Positions 1 to 12,696 of a DNA stretch of 64,000 nt are shown here, piece after piece (positions within the stretch are counted from its first letter, which is position 1; every line of letters begins with the position of its first letter). Below the pieces are notes generated by a model, which was not told the DNA's origin, made no database searches, and saw only the letters and a program-made list of their open reading frames with translations. Origin of the DNA: Squalus acanthias (taxonomy: Eukaryota). Location of the stretch: positions 3,660,001 through 3,724,000 of the forward strand of contig JASTWF010000036.1 in the NCBI GenBank assembly GCA_030390025.1, in the 5' to 3' direction. Position numbers and translations under genes: made by a program.

Positions 1-199
1 CAGTTGGGGGCAGGGGAAGAAATTTCTGGGGACATCATAAGTGTTCACCTTTGGGCATGGTCACCAGATGTCAAGTGCTTTCACTCCCAAGAAATCCACA
101 CAAGAGTAGATCGGTTTGCTTCACTCCCGGACTGTGTTGGGACAGTTGTAGCGAGCCAGAGGACAAAAGCAAAATATTTCAAATTTCCAGCATCCACAT

Positions 200-293
200 T
201 AACAGAAAAAGCTGGAAACACTCAGCAGATCAGGCAGCATTTGTGGAGAGAAAAACAGAGTTAACCTTTCAGATCGATAACCTTTCTTCGGAA
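200..293 (-). mobile_element. Penelope-like pLTR fragment with variant hammerhead core
   Basis: Reverse complement reads ttCCGAAGAaaggttatcgatctGAAAggttaactctg...ctctccacaaatgctgcctgatctgctgag; same family as the copy at 11079-11215. Confidence 0.65.
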
Positions 294-1219
294 AGAGGAC
301 CTCATTTTCCACTACTCGATGGTTGTTCTTGGGACCCAAGAAATGTCTGGTCTTAGATGTCAGAAACATGGCCATTTGCCTCCTTTGTATTGTTGAAAGT
401 AGTAATGTACTACTGCAGCCATACTATTCAGATAAGAAACGTCCTTAGACACTGTTCAGGACATTCAAACCCTTCAAATTACTGCCGTGTAATCGTGCCC
501 ATGAATCCATTTATTCTCTATGGAAGACATTCAGCAGGAAAGCACTACATCAAAAACAATGAATCACCAAAGAGGAGCATCTCATTAAACATAGTTAAAC
601 ATAGTTACTCATGCCCAGTGGGATTGAAGACGCCAATTAAACCACATTAGCAGATGAGCTGAAGGCTAAACAAAAAATGCACAACTGAGTTTGGAAATTG
701 TTTTTCAACTCTCTCATTGAGGGCACTTCAAGATTTACTGAATCTTTGAAAAACACTGCGTCAAAAGGCAAATTAGGACAGCTCCTTCCAGCAGTCCTCA
801 GCAAGATCAAACGTTGCCACATCCTACAGTATCGCAACATTGTGTGCGATGCCGCACACAAAAAACATTCAAATGCAGATAACGCAGGATCAAGAGGATG
901 CTTCATTTAAACGGAAAACATTTTACGGGGGCAGAATGAAGATTTTAAGGATTCAATCGCCAGTTTCTGAACAGCTCTCAGCACAACGTGGAACATGGAG
1001 AGGATTTAATGTTACAGTCGCACTCTCACCTCCGAGTCAGAAGGTTGTGGGTTCAAGTCCCACTCCAGAGACTTGAGCACAAAAATCAAGGCTGACTCTT
1101 AATGCAGTACTGAGGGCACGCTGCACTGTCACAGGTACTGCATTTCAGACGAGAAGTTACACCAAGGCCCCATCTGCCCCCTCAGGTGGATTTAGATGAT
1201 CCCATGGCACTATTTGAAG

Positions 1220-2016
1220 TCACTATGTGACTCGGCCAACGTTGTCTACCTCATACGTTGCAGGAAAGAATGCACCGCGGCATGGTACATCGGCGAGACC
1301 ATGCAGACACTGAGACAACGTATGAACGAGCACCGCGCAACAATCGCCAGGCAGGTTTGTTACCTCCCAGTCAGGGAACACTTCAGCAGTCAAGGACATT
1401 CAGCCTCGGATCTGCGGGTAAGCGTTCTCCAAGGCAACCTTAGAAACACACGACAACGCAAAATCATCGAGCAGAAACTGATAGCCAAGTTCCGCACTCA
1501 TGAAGACGGTCTCAATCGGGATCTTGGGTTTATGTCACGATACATGACGTGATCCGGACTCGAGTCGTCGTTAGCTTGTTCACAGATGTGATTCCCAGTA
1601 AAAAAGTAAAAATTTTCCCAGTAAAAAAGTAAAACATTTTTAAAGCTTTTCGTTTTACATACAGACGGCAGCTTTTGACACGTTAGAACCCCTGCGACTA
1701 CACCTCATTGTCTCAGTTGTATCTTGCTATGTCTTTGATGTGGTACCTTCCTGGCTGACTTAATTAACTTTATCACACCTCGGCAGATAGTCAGGATGAT
1801 TTAATTTAGTGGTCTGCAATTGTAAGGTACACATGCTTTGTTTTCTATCTATATATGCTTTGGCGATTCTGTATCTAATTTACTTCACTTGAGGAAGGAG
1901 CAATCGATAGCTCCGAAAGCTTGTGATTCCAAATAAAACTGTTGGACTATAACCTGGTGTTGTGCGACCTCTCAATTTTGTCCACCCCAGTCCAACACTG
2001 GCATCTCCGCATCATG
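1220..2016 (+). mobile_element. 5'-truncated Penelope-like retroelement (GIY-YIG endonuclease C-terminus plus pLTR)
   Basis: 1220-1552 encodes CDSANVVYLIRCRKEC..WYIGET..LRQRMNEH..V.EHF...H...E.KLIAKFRT..DGLNRD, a PLE-type GIY-YIG domain with no stops. Flanked by an 11-bp TSD, actatttgaag (1209-1219 and 2017-2027). Confidence 0.9.
1885..1926 (+). ncRNA. Minimal type I hammerhead ribozyme motif (core C-to-T variant)
   Basis: TCAC-tTGAGGA-a-GGAGC-aatcgata-GCTCC-GAAA-gc-tt-GTGA, giving stem I, core, stem II and a palindromic stem III. Confidence 0.7.
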
Positions 2017-4687
2017 ACTATTTGAAGAGCAGGGGAGTTCTCCCCGTTGTTCTAGCCAATATTCATCCATCAACAACACTAAAAAAAAAAATCTGATCAT
2101 TACCACATTGCTGTTTGTGGGAGCTTGCTGTGCACAAATTGGTTGCGGTTTGCTACATTACACCAGTGACTACACTTCAAAAAGTACTTCATTGGCTGTA
2201 ACGAGGTCATGAAAGGTGCTATAGAAATGCAAGTCTTTCTTATTTTCAGTCTTTTCCCCAATGCAAAGGGCAGGGGGTGGGGGAGGTGCTGAGGTTTGGA
2301 AGAGGAGGAAGTGGTCAGCTCACGCTTCAAATCTCAATTCTGGCTCAAACAATCTTAAAAGCTAATGCTGCTACACGTTTCCACGAATGGCTGGGTATCC
2401 TATAGAAATCTTTGCAGTCATGGGATTTAGACAGTAGCTAGTAAAAAAAAATGACTTGTATGCAAAATTGTGCAATCAATATTCCTGTAATATACAAGTT
2501 GGACTTGATGGGCTGTACAAGCTCTACACAGCAACCTAGCTGTCATTGGAAGGGGGGGGGGTGCGGTTACTATCCCCTTCATTTCATGCATGCCAACTTT
2601 CAAACAAAGTACTCCCAGCCCCTCCCCTCTCCGAGAACATGTCCACCAGCCTCACTTGGCAACGGCCCCTGCTAAGGTCCAATGAAAGAGATCGTTGCCG
2701 CAGTTAAGTGTGAAAAGTCACTGCAATGTCAAATTATCTTTCACCATCCCTAGGGTGTTACTTGTCTGAGACCTGGCAGCCCTGCTGACCTGAAATTGGA
2801 CACCTTTTTAAGCAAGCTTAATTGAAAACACATTTTAAAATCTCATTTCTTGGTCTTTTCTGCAGAAAAAGAAAACGGACAAAAGAATCCTGGAGCAGGA
2901 CACCAAAGTTTTATACAAATGTATTTACACCAGTGTTCTTTTACTCTGCACCCAATTTATAAAACCCACAGGTGGGACCATGTCTTTATCTACCTGCACT
3001 TGCAAGGAGCCCATAGGTCTCCGTTTCCCCACACCTTTCAGTATCCTTTCCATTGAGTATAATCCCATTCATTGCTTTCCTCGCAAAGCGTATTGCCCCA
3101 CACATCCAACTTAAACTGCATCTTCCACCTGTCTGCCCATATTGCCAACCTGTCCACGTCCTCCTAAAGTCTTTCCGTCCTCCTCCTTGCTTTTGCCAAA
3201 CCCCCTACCTTTGCAGACTTTTGATCACTAAGCCCTGCTAGAAGTGCGTGTTGGTCAAAGCACTGCAGGGCAACCGGTGCCCATGGAACTGTACGCAAGC
3301 AAGAAATCAGCACATTTTGGGAAGGGGTGGGGCGGGGAAGGAAGAGCGGAGGGGCGTGAAAGAAAAGAGATGACTACGAGGCCTTGTGGATTTCAGACTC
3401 AAAAAGGATTAATGGAAGACAGTGGCAGTTGATGGCACACATTTGGAGTGCAGTTCACAAACAACTCAAGTAGCCCTTCCTGTATCCTAGGAGATTTCAC
3501 CCTTATAGTGGCTAATTGAAGGACATTAAGCACAAGTGACAGCTGTCTACACACTACTGCCGCACCACTACAACCCTGGAAGAGGAACACTGCTGTTGGT
3601 AGAGGGTCAATTCAATAGTAAAGGAAAACAAGTCAGAAAGGTGCTTCGCATTTATCGGACCAGTTTGTGAGGGAATAGGTACAAACTCTTGTCCTCCCTT
3701 TCTCCTACCAACCTCCAGCTTTAAAAAAGGCGCTTTTTCTCCGGCACTAATGGCACTGAGCTCCCCAGGGGAGAGTAGAGTGTAGATGGCCGTGAGCCAA
3801 AGTGGAAAAACTGCCAGGACTCACCAAAACTGGCACTTTTACATTTGGCTCACAGCCGGCTAGACCCACACTGAGGAACATGGGAATTGTTGGACTATGG
3901 TCCAGCTAGTTTGCCTTTTACCATCCCGGTAGTCTGATACAACAATAATGGAAGTTGTTGACTAATCAGTGATCAATCTCTATCAATTCATCTACAAGTG
4001 ACCCAGTCATGAGGAGAGGTAAACCCCAATGGTCGAGAGCTTTGGGAACCATAGGCCCAAAGTCACATGTTCCTCCTGAGCATGTTACACTCACCACATG
4101 TTTCACATTACTCACATACTGTATCCTATTTTATGAAAGAAATCTCCTCGTATTGAATGAATCAATACTAACTGCATCCATCATCGCCCTAGGGCTCTGT
4201 TCCATAGATTGCCCACTCGCTCACTGAAATATCCTTTCTGCAGCTTAGTTTTGAATTTACCCCCACTTCAAGCGCAGGCCACGTCCTCTGGTTCCACTGT
4301 TCTGGACATGGTGAAACAGCTTGTCTATATTATCCAGTCAGTTATTGGCACTCCAGCTGCACTAACCCAATATAAAAGCACCCGTAGACTTGTTTTATGT
4401 AAGTGTACAAGTCTGCCGCCAGCCTGCAGAAACCAGATTTAAGAGCATGAATGTTGGAAGATGGTTCACAGATGTCAGCCTATCATCTCACCCACCGTCC
4501 CCCCACCCAGCAAAACCCTTTGAACCTTCGTGGTGTCCCGCACGATGGGTTCCTGTAGGCTGCTCAAAATAATCCAGCACAAACTAATGTCTTGGAAGCC
4601 CTCAGGAACTGCAAAGGCTGGACAACCTGAACTCCGCTTTAACGTGGCCGAGACTCCACACCACAAACCGCTCAATTCACAATCTCA

Positions 4688-4995
4688 GTAATAACTTGTA
4701 TTTATATAGTGCCTTTAATGTATTAAAATGTCCCAAGGTGCTTCACTGGTGTGCAGACAAAAATTGACAGAGCCAAAAAGAGGGAGACATCAGGACAGGG
4801 TGACCAAACGCTTGGTCAAAGAGGTTTTGATGGAGCATCTTAAAAGGACAAAAAGAGGTGGAGAGGTTTAGGGAGGGAATTCCAAAGTTAAGGGCCTAGA
4901 TGGCTGAAGGCATGGACGCCAATGGTGGAGCGAAGGAAATGGGCGGGGCGGATGTGCAAGAGGCCAGAGTTGGAAACATGCAGACTCTCACGTGG
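4688..4995 (-). mobile_element. L2 LINE 3' fragment
   Basis: Matches the other L2 3' ends in the window (gagaggtttagggagggaattcca...ttggtcaaagagg) with the ttgtatttatatagtgcc tail. Confidence 0.75.
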
Positions 4996-5839
4996 GCAGA
5001 GTGAAAGAAAGGTGGGCGATTAGAATAGATACTTCAGAATTGGACAAGGCCTGATCAGCCGCGCCCCACGAGCTCGAGAACTGCAATATGCAAATTCTCC
5101 AGTAACTCGTTTTATCGCAAGTGTGCTCTTAAATATGTGCATGCAATTATTATTAAGAGTTATCATTGCATGCTTAAATCCTATGAAAGCCAATAAATGC
5201 ATTTGAACCCTATTATCTGGAGAAATTACTGATAAACTTATAAGAACATCCATTCCCTAACTTTAACATAGTACGTCTGGTGTCAAGAACAAAGGTTGGC
5301 ACTCATCCCACTTCAATGATTCAACGACACATGGCAGCTCCTCTCGGTTCCGAGAAACTGGATTTGAATACAACATTTTGAACAGATTCACCGACTAGCA
5401 CTCCACTGATCAGCGAGTCGATTAACAAAAAGCTGGCCAAAACTCACGATTAGTACTCAAAAGAGGAGAACGGGAGCGGTTCGAAGAATGTTATTTTCTT
5501 GCATGGGGTTTACAAGGAGGTAATGCATTACACGAGCAGCCATTGAAGCAAGGTCAATCACATTTTAAGGAGGGAATTAAAGAGACATTTGTAGAGTATG
5601 GAAAAAGAGAGCAGGAAAATGGCATTCCTATTCTAAAAATGCAAACAATACAGATGGTGAGAGTGGCACCATCCACTCTTGCACACTTTAGCAATCTTTT
5701 ACCAGAAGATCAATAGGCAGTCTGCTATCTCAGCTACAGATAGTAGACTGGAAAAAAAGAGAAAACCCCTTAAATAAAGAAGTGCTGGTAGGGTCTTGGT
5801 TGGCATGCCACACTAACATGTTCCACCACCTCCTCACCC

Positions 5840-6095
5840 AATATAGGAACACAGGAGGCCATTCAGCCCCTCGAGCTTGTTCCGTCATTCAATTAGATCA
5901 TGGCTGATCTGTACCTGAACTCCATCTACCTGCCTTGGTTCCGTAACCCTCAATACCCTTACCCAACAGAAATCGATCACTCAATTTTGAAAGCCCTGTT
6001 GTTGCCGAGCATCCACAGCCTTTTAAAGGAAGTGAATTCCAGATTTCCACTACAGTGTGTGGAAAAAGTGCTTCCCGATTTCCCTCCTAAATGGC
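5840..6095 (-). mobile_element. CR1 3' fragment
   Basis: aggaggccattcagcccctcgagc...gatcatggctgatc, the CR1 3'UTR hairpin motif. Confidence 0.75.
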
Positions 6096-6169
6096 AATCA
6101 AACAGCATTTTGGGGGAAAAAGGGAGTTCCAGATTTAATATATGGGCTCAAAAGTACAAGACGACCAAC

Positions 6170-6256
6170 AGGTCACCAGCCTGAAACGTCAACTCGGTTT
6201 CTCTCTCCACAGATGCTGCCTGACCTGCTGAGTATTTCCAGCATTTTCTGTTTTTA
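6170..6256 (+). mobile_element. Penelope-like pLTR fragment (hammerhead 5' half missing)
   Basis: cctgaaacgtcaactcggtttctctctccacagatgctgcctgacctgctgagtatttccagcattttctg. Confidence 0.7.
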
Positions 6257-6914
6257 GTACAGAAATAATGAGCTAGGCGTCAGTCACTGCACCCTGGCTC
6301 AAGAATTCTTTGCCAAAAACCACTTTGCCTCACTTTCTCTGCCCCTTTAAAAAGCCTAAAAACTTTGCCAACTGTGCCAGATACCCGCTGGTCTCCCATT
6401 ATCCTTGAACATTTCTGTGGATAATTGAGATTCCACTGTATTGTGAACCACGAGGGGAATTACTATATTACAGGTTGAATTATCACGAGTAATTATCCGA
6501 CTAAAATTAAATAATTTACAGCAAGAAAACAGACCGTCACAGGGAAAGTGAAAATATCACTCTTCAATGACTACAGAGTCCCAGTCATTTCTATTTCGCC
6601 CCCATACCCTAATGACTCATCAATAATGTTGCCAACACAAAGTACGTTACAGTTCAAGTTGAAAACAGCACAAGCAGCTCTGGTATTGATGGACACATAC
6701 CTGCTATTAACTGCACAGTTCCAACTACTGGTAGACAGCTTGGTATTGATGGCGACAGTCTGAACAGCAAGCTGGGCTAATCAACCGCATCAGTCCCTTT
6801 ATTTTTGGAACCAACAGGGCAGTCTTGGAGACAAAGTGAGATTGGATTCTGCCTCCACCCGCCACACCATTTTGGGATGGGGGAGGTTAACAAGAGAAAT
6901 CCTGCCTTGAGGAT

Positions 6915-7620
6915 AGAATCTCAGCACAGAAAGCAGCCATTCAGCCCATCGTGCCTGTGCCGGCTCTTTGCGAGAGCGATCCAATTAGTCCCACTCCCCC
7001 GCTCTTTCCCCTAGCCCTGCAATTTTTTCCCCTTCAAGTATTTATCCAATTCCCTTTTGAAAGTTATTACAGAATCTGGTTCCACCGCCCTTTCAGGCAG
7101 TGCATTCCAGATCATAGTAACTTGCTGTGACATCCTCATCTCGCCTCTGGCTCTTTCACCAATTACCTTAAATCCGTGACCTCTGGTTACTGACCCTTCT
7201 GCCACTGGAAACAGTTTCTCCCCGTCTACTCTCATCAAAATTGTTCATGATTTTGGACCCCTCCATCAAATCTCCTCTTGACCTTCTCTGCTCCAAGGAG
7301 AACAATCCCAGCTTCTCTAGTCTTGCCACATCACTGAAGTCCCTCATCCCTGGTAACATTCTAGTAAATCTCCTCTGCACCCTCTCCAAGGTCTCGACAT
7401 CCTTCCTAAAGTGTGGTGGCCTGAATTGGCCACAACACTCCAGCTGAGGCCTAACCAGAGATTTATAAAGGCCTAGTATAACTTCCTTGCTTGTGTACTC
7501 TATTCATAAAGCCAAGGATCTCGTATGCCTTTTAACAGCCTTCTCATTGTCCTGTCGCCTTCAAAAACTTGCGTACGTACACTCCCAGGTCTCTCTGCTC
7601 CTGCACCCCTTTTACAACTA
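6915..7620 (-). mobile_element. CR1 LINE 3' fragment
   Basis: Translates to ERVQRRFTRMLPGM...LGLFSLEQRRSRGDL, the CR1 ORF2 C-terminus, followed by the 3'UTR. Confidence 0.9.
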
Positions 7621-8117
7621 GGCAGTGATAATTCACCCCTGAACAACTTGCTTGGGTGACCAATTTTGTTCCGTTTCCTTTGCATTGACACACATTGAAG
7701 GCAATTTTCACTGCGCACGGGCAGAAACGGATCGACCGCCCTGCCTGATGCTCCTTTCCAATGGAAGCTAAAAATCAGGCGGGGTGTATAACGGGAGCCT
7801 GTCGCTGCCGCCAGGTTTGTGCCAACGCCCAAAGTGACCGACTCCCAGAGAGCGTCCACTATCCTCCCCCAGTGAAAGGAGCGACTCATGCTGCAGCAAG
7901 GTTCTATGGGCAGTCACTCTCCATTACCTGGACAATTGGCCATTTTTCATGTGCGACCTTAGACAGAGTGTTGACTGGCTATTTGACTTGGGGGGGGGGG
8001 GGGGGGGGGGGGGGGAGGAAAATTAGGAAGACAGCCGCGACCGAACCAAATTCGATCCAACACATTAACTTGCCAACAGAGGTCACTGGATAGCAACTGA
8101 CAACTCTCAGGTCTCAG

Positions 8118-8641
8118 CACAAGTCAGGAGTGTGCTGGAACACTCTCCACTTGCCTGGATGAGTGCAGCTCCAACAACACTCAAGAAGCTCAACACCATC
8201 CAGGACAAAGCAGTCTGCTTGATTGGCACCCCATCCACCACCTTAAACATTCACTCCCTCCACCACCGGCGCGCCGTGGCTGCAGTGTGTACCATCTGCA
8301 AGATGCACTGCAGCAACTCGCCACGGCTTCTTTGGCAGCACCTCCCAAACCCACGACCTCTTCCACCTAGAAGGACAAGGGCAACAGGCGCATGGGACCA
8401 CCACCGCCTCCAAGTTCCCCTCCAAGTCACACACCATCCTGACTTGGAAATATATCGCCGATCCTTCATCGTCACTGGGTCAAAATCCTGGAACTCCCTC
8501 CCTAACAGCACTGTGTGAGTACCTTCACCACACGGACTGCAGCGGTTCAAGAAGGCAGCTCACCACCACCATCTCAAGGGGAATTAGGGATGGGCAATAA
8601 ATGCTGGCCTTGCCAGCGATGCCCATAAATGAATTTAAAAA
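8118..8641 (+). mobile_element. Non-LTR LINE 3' fragment (CR1/L2-related group, clade uncertain)
   Basis: LEHSPLAWMSAAPTTLKKLNTIQDKAVCLIG..SLHHRRAVAA is an RT C-terminal region. Near-identical copies at 15695-16320 and 59672-59996. Confidence 0.8.
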
Positions 8642-10046
8642 CCCTTTAATGTAATGAAACATCACAAGATGGGACAGTGGTAGGCAAGTTCAATATGGCA
8701 ACAGAAGCATCGTCAAAGAAGTAGGTTTTGAGGAGGACTTTGAAGGAGAGAGCTATGAAGGAGAGATCGACTAAGGATGAACCAGAGTGTGGGGCCAAGA
8801 TGACCTGAGGCTTTCTGACCAAAGGTGAAGTGGGAGGGGTTGCAAGAGACACAAGGCAGAATAGTAGAGGGTGCAAGTTGGTACATTGGGCTGGCAGATG
8901 ACGACATGCAATGCTGGAAGAGTTTGCAGATCTGAGAAGAAGTGAGCCTGTGGAGGAACAGTGGGAAACCAGCCTGATTATTCACTCCCTACCTCAGGGA
9001 ATGGGAAACCAATTATCTTGGCAGTACTATCATACTAGCAGAGATTAGCTCACTCAGCAGCGACTGTGGATTGACACCATGGGGAGCTTTGATAAACTAG
9101 TTATTTTGAGTTTAGCATTTTATGAGGATGGGGGTGGCTTTATAATCGATGAAAGAGATTTATCTCCTCCCCCAGGAACAACAAAATATAATCACTTAAT
9201 TTCACAACAGTGCATCTTCAACATCAGCATAAGAGCCAGCACCAATCTGCACACAGGAAGATGCCTCGAAGCACAAACAGAGAACAGAATGTACATCCCA
9301 AATCCCCAGCCCTTTCAAAAATAGGAACTTGCACCAACTCCACAGGGACAAGCAAATCACCTCAGAGAGTTAAGTTTGCAGAGTTGACAGAGACCAGTCT
9401 AGACTCATTCATATTTGTGCTCATCCACGAGTTCACACATTGTCTTTTCAAGTGCCAAAAATGCATTTAAAATGGTGGCTTACAAACAGATTCCCCCCCC
9501 CCCCCCCCACCACCACCCCAGCAAAATCAATCAGACTCCAAACAACAGGGAACCTAGGCTTCCTGTTGAGTCAGTGATCAGTATTTCATAGAACGAACAA
9601 AGCAATCTTGGAAACAAGAAAGCCTTTAATTATATCGCAACCTCATCACCCATCAAATGTCTCGAAGCACTTCCCATGCAATGAATTTCAGTGACTTGGG
9701 CAAACAAGCCAGCCATTTTCAGCCAAGATCCCACGAATATCAGGGGGGGGGGGGGGGGGGATGAACAAACAATTGAATGGGAGAATTGTTGGGCCAGACA
9801 CCAGGCAAACATTCTGCTCTCCTTCAAACAGCACCATGTGATATTGAACATCAACAAAGCACCAACACAGCACGCTTATATATTGCAACTGTTTCCACTG
9901 GAACTGGCTTTGCAAATTGAAAAGTTACTGGCATGGATATATATCCTATTTAGACTATGAATTGACAACATTGATGGCGACACAAACATGAGCTTTCCAT
10001 CTCCACAGCTCCATCCCAATGTTGCACGAAGCTCAATACAGGTCAA

Positions 10047-10291
10047 TAGAGTCGCCAACTCTGGTTGGACATATTCCTGGAGGCTTCATCACATGAGCTT
10101 TCCCCCCTCCAATCCAATATTTGTATAACTAAAGTGTTAAACGAAATAAGAATTTTTTTTAAATTTTTTTTAAAATAAATTTTCTTCACATGCCCCCATG
10201 ATTTTTCTTCCGGGTTGCATATGGAGGGTCCAGGAAATTGATCTTTAATTCCTGGAGACTCCAGGGCAATCCTGGAGGGTTGGCAACCGGA
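10047..10291. mobile_element. Non-autonomous DNA transposon with TAGGGTTGCCAAC-type TIRs (hAT/Blackjack-like)
   Basis: tagagtcgccaac ... gttggcaaccgga. Related copies at 35266-35524 and 42232-42437. Confidence 0.55.
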
Positions 10292-10897
10292 GCTAACAAT
10301 GTGAAAATTGTGTACGAACACAAGAATTAGGAGCAGTAGTCGGCCACACGGCCCCTCGAGCCTGCTCCGCCATGGCCGATCCCCATATCAATGCGTGCCA
10401 AAGCCTTCAGGAGAGGAGGCGGCGGCGGCGGCAGCGGGAGCAAGGATAATCGGGAAGAAAAAGAAAACTTCACCGGTGTCCAGGAGGTGCAAGGAAAAAC
10501 CACCGAGGTGACTGCAGTTACTCAGGGTGGAAAAGTTGCACACTCACCTGATTCAAAAGACATTTGTCCCAACCATCATTAGATATGAAGCAGTTTGGGA
10601 CAAACTGAGAAACCCGACAAGTTGCTAGATAGATGCAGGTTCTAAATACACAGGATAAAAGAAAAAATAAATCGGACTGGTTCCTCGGGTGTGCGAGGGC
10701 TCTACATCTGGACAGTCCTCCGTTGCCCTAAACAGAGGGTTCAAATCCCATGGTGCATTAATGCTTTTTTAATTAACGCACTGTTAAACATGCTCATGTC
10801 AAATTCCTGCGCACAAGAGAGAGCGAGCGCGGACAACACACTGATTACCACAAATAACTAAGATCCCACGGCACTATTTTGAAGAGCAGGGGAGTTC

Positions 10898-11222
10898 GAC
10901 AATTTCAGACCATAACCTCGACCCCCATTTTTTCCAGGCGGCAGCTGATGATGATTCTGCCATCCCCATTTGCAACATTTAATTTCTCCTGCCTTCCATT
11001 CTAGCACAGACCGTCCCTTCAGTTCCCTCCTCCCCCCCCTTCACCTGCTTAAAACCAGTTACATCCTTAACTTTTTCCAGTTCTGATGAAGGGTCACAGA
11101 CCTGAAACGTTAACTCTGTTCTCTCTCCACAGATGCTGCCTGGCCTGCTGAGCATTTGCAGCATTTTCTGTTGTTATTTCAGATTTCCAGCATCCACAGT
11201 ATTTTGCTATTGTATTAGAGAT
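10898..11222 (+). mobile_element. Penelope-like pLTR fragment
   Basis: Contains a hammerhead followed by ctctctccacagatgctgcc...cagatttccagcatccacagtattttgct. Confidence 0.75.
11079..11115 (+). ncRNA. Minimal hammerhead ribozyme, intact core
   Basis: AGTT-CTGATGA-a-GGGTC-aca-GACCT-GAAA-cg-tt-AACT. Confidence 0.8.
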
Positions 11223-11376
11223 CTCTTGGTGGCTTGGCCAACATCTATCCCTCAACCATCACTAAAAAACAGATTATCTGGTCATTATCCCATTGCTGTT
11301 TGTGGGAGCTTGCTGTGCGCAAATTGGCTGCCGCGTTTCCTACATTACAACAGTGACTACACTTCAAAAGTACTTA

Positions 11377-11583
11377 AACAACAGAAAATGCTGGAAACAC
11401 TCAGCAGGTCAGGCAGCATCGAGGAGAGAGAAACAGTCAACATTTCGGGTCGAGGACCCTTCGTCAGAACCTCGGCCTGAAACGTTGATGGTTTCTCTCT
11501 CCTCGATGCTGCCTGACCCGGAGTGTTTCCAGCATTTTCTGTTATTATTTCCGACTTCCAGCATCCGCAGTATTTTGCTATCC
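11377..11583. mobile_element. Inverted (palindromic) Penelope pLTR doublet with TSD
   Basis: 11377-11450 is the approximate reverse complement of 11476-11546. Flanked by aaagtactta on both sides (11367-11376 and 11584-11593). Confidence 0.8.
11436..11470 (-). ncRNA. Minimal hammerhead ribozyme, intact core
   Basis: Minus strand: GTT-CTGACGA-a-GGGTC-ctc-GACCC-GAAA-tg-tt-GAC. Confidence 0.75.
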
Positions 11584-12696
11584 AAAGTACTTAGTTGGCT
11601 GTAAAGCGCTTTGGGACGTCCAGAGGTCGTGAAAGGCGCTACATAAATGCAAGTTCTTTCTAGAGTCACACTAGTGGCTTATAACCAGATGATTACCAAA
11701 CCTAAGCAATTTGCTGAAAAGCTAGCATTTGGCAATAGTTTTATGCCCATCAGGATACTGCCGGGAACATCAGTATTCGGTTTGAACCCGGTCTATTTAA
11801 AGTGGAGTAGTCAGAAGTTAAGAATGGATCAGTAACAAGTGCGCAGAAGGAATTTCAATTGCCCAGCTTCATTTCCATCGTGATGCCAGGCATGGTTAGT
11901 TGCATTTACAAAACAAGCTCACAACCCTCAACATTTAATGGGCCGGATGTCAACTCACGCCAAGACGCAAGTTAGAAACAAGCTCATTAGCATTTGAAAT
12001 GGGCGAATGTCAAGCGGTAGACAGTAATTGTACAAACACAGGAAAAGTCTAATGATCTGTAAATACTGCCAGAGACAAATGGGAGAAGCTTATGATTCGA
12101 ACACGCACAGAATAATAGGAACTTGGATTATAAGCTTCCTCATTCTTTCAACGTAGCGAAGACCCAAATATAATTAGACAGGCCCTGATCCAAATCAAGA
12201 GGAAACCAGCAGAATATTGGTCCATTAAAAGTTGGGGTTGGGCATCATGTTGGTCATCACCGCAGTGTCTTGACTGCTCCCTCAGCCTCTCCTCTACATG
12301 GTCTATACTGCCTCCCGGAAGCATGAGCCAGTTGTCTTGAAAGCAGGGGCAGGGTTGATATCAGGAAGTTAAACACCAAGAGGAAGCTATGAATTGTGCC
12401 AAGTTATTTTTGCAGATAGAAGTTCAGCCAAGAGAAAAAAAAAATTTCCGACGTATTGTAATGCAAGATTCAGCTTCTAGATACAATTCAATTATGTCAA
12501 AGTAGTACAGAAAACCGAGGGAATCAATGAAAGTACTACACCACTACAGTGGGGGAGGCAGCTTGGAGCATCACAGTAGCCAGAGAGCGCTCATTGGAGC
12601 TGTGTTTCAGCAAAGCAATGGAGCTTTGTGAAAACACGCAGCTAATGACAAGCGCAACAGTTCGCTTATTGGGTGACAAGGTGCCCAAAGCACAAC

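Larger units (their letters stand above)
1017..2240 (+). mobile_element. Deu-SINE (SacSINE1/AmnSINE1-like) split by a Penelope insertion
   Basis: B-box ggttcaagtcc near 1051. The SINE body is interrupted at 1219 and resumes after 2017 with cattgctgtttgtgggagcttgctgtgcacaaattgg and the tail ggtgctatagaaatgcaagt. Confidence 0.85.
10860..11660 (+). mobile_element. Deu-SINE interrupted twice by Penelope pLTR fragments
   Basis: SINE pieces at 10860-10897, 11223-11376 and 11584-11660 are collinear with the intact copy at 12697. Confidence 0.8.

Noticed and set aside
1196..1552. 118-aa ORF as a standalone nuclease gene
   Set aside because: The start (MIPWHYLK) comes from the flanking SINE; the rest is a truncated Penelope ORF.
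3510..3576. Minus-strand acceptor followed by GCSGAAVV as a late CD63 exon
   Set aside because: Weak donor and no similarity beyond GC.
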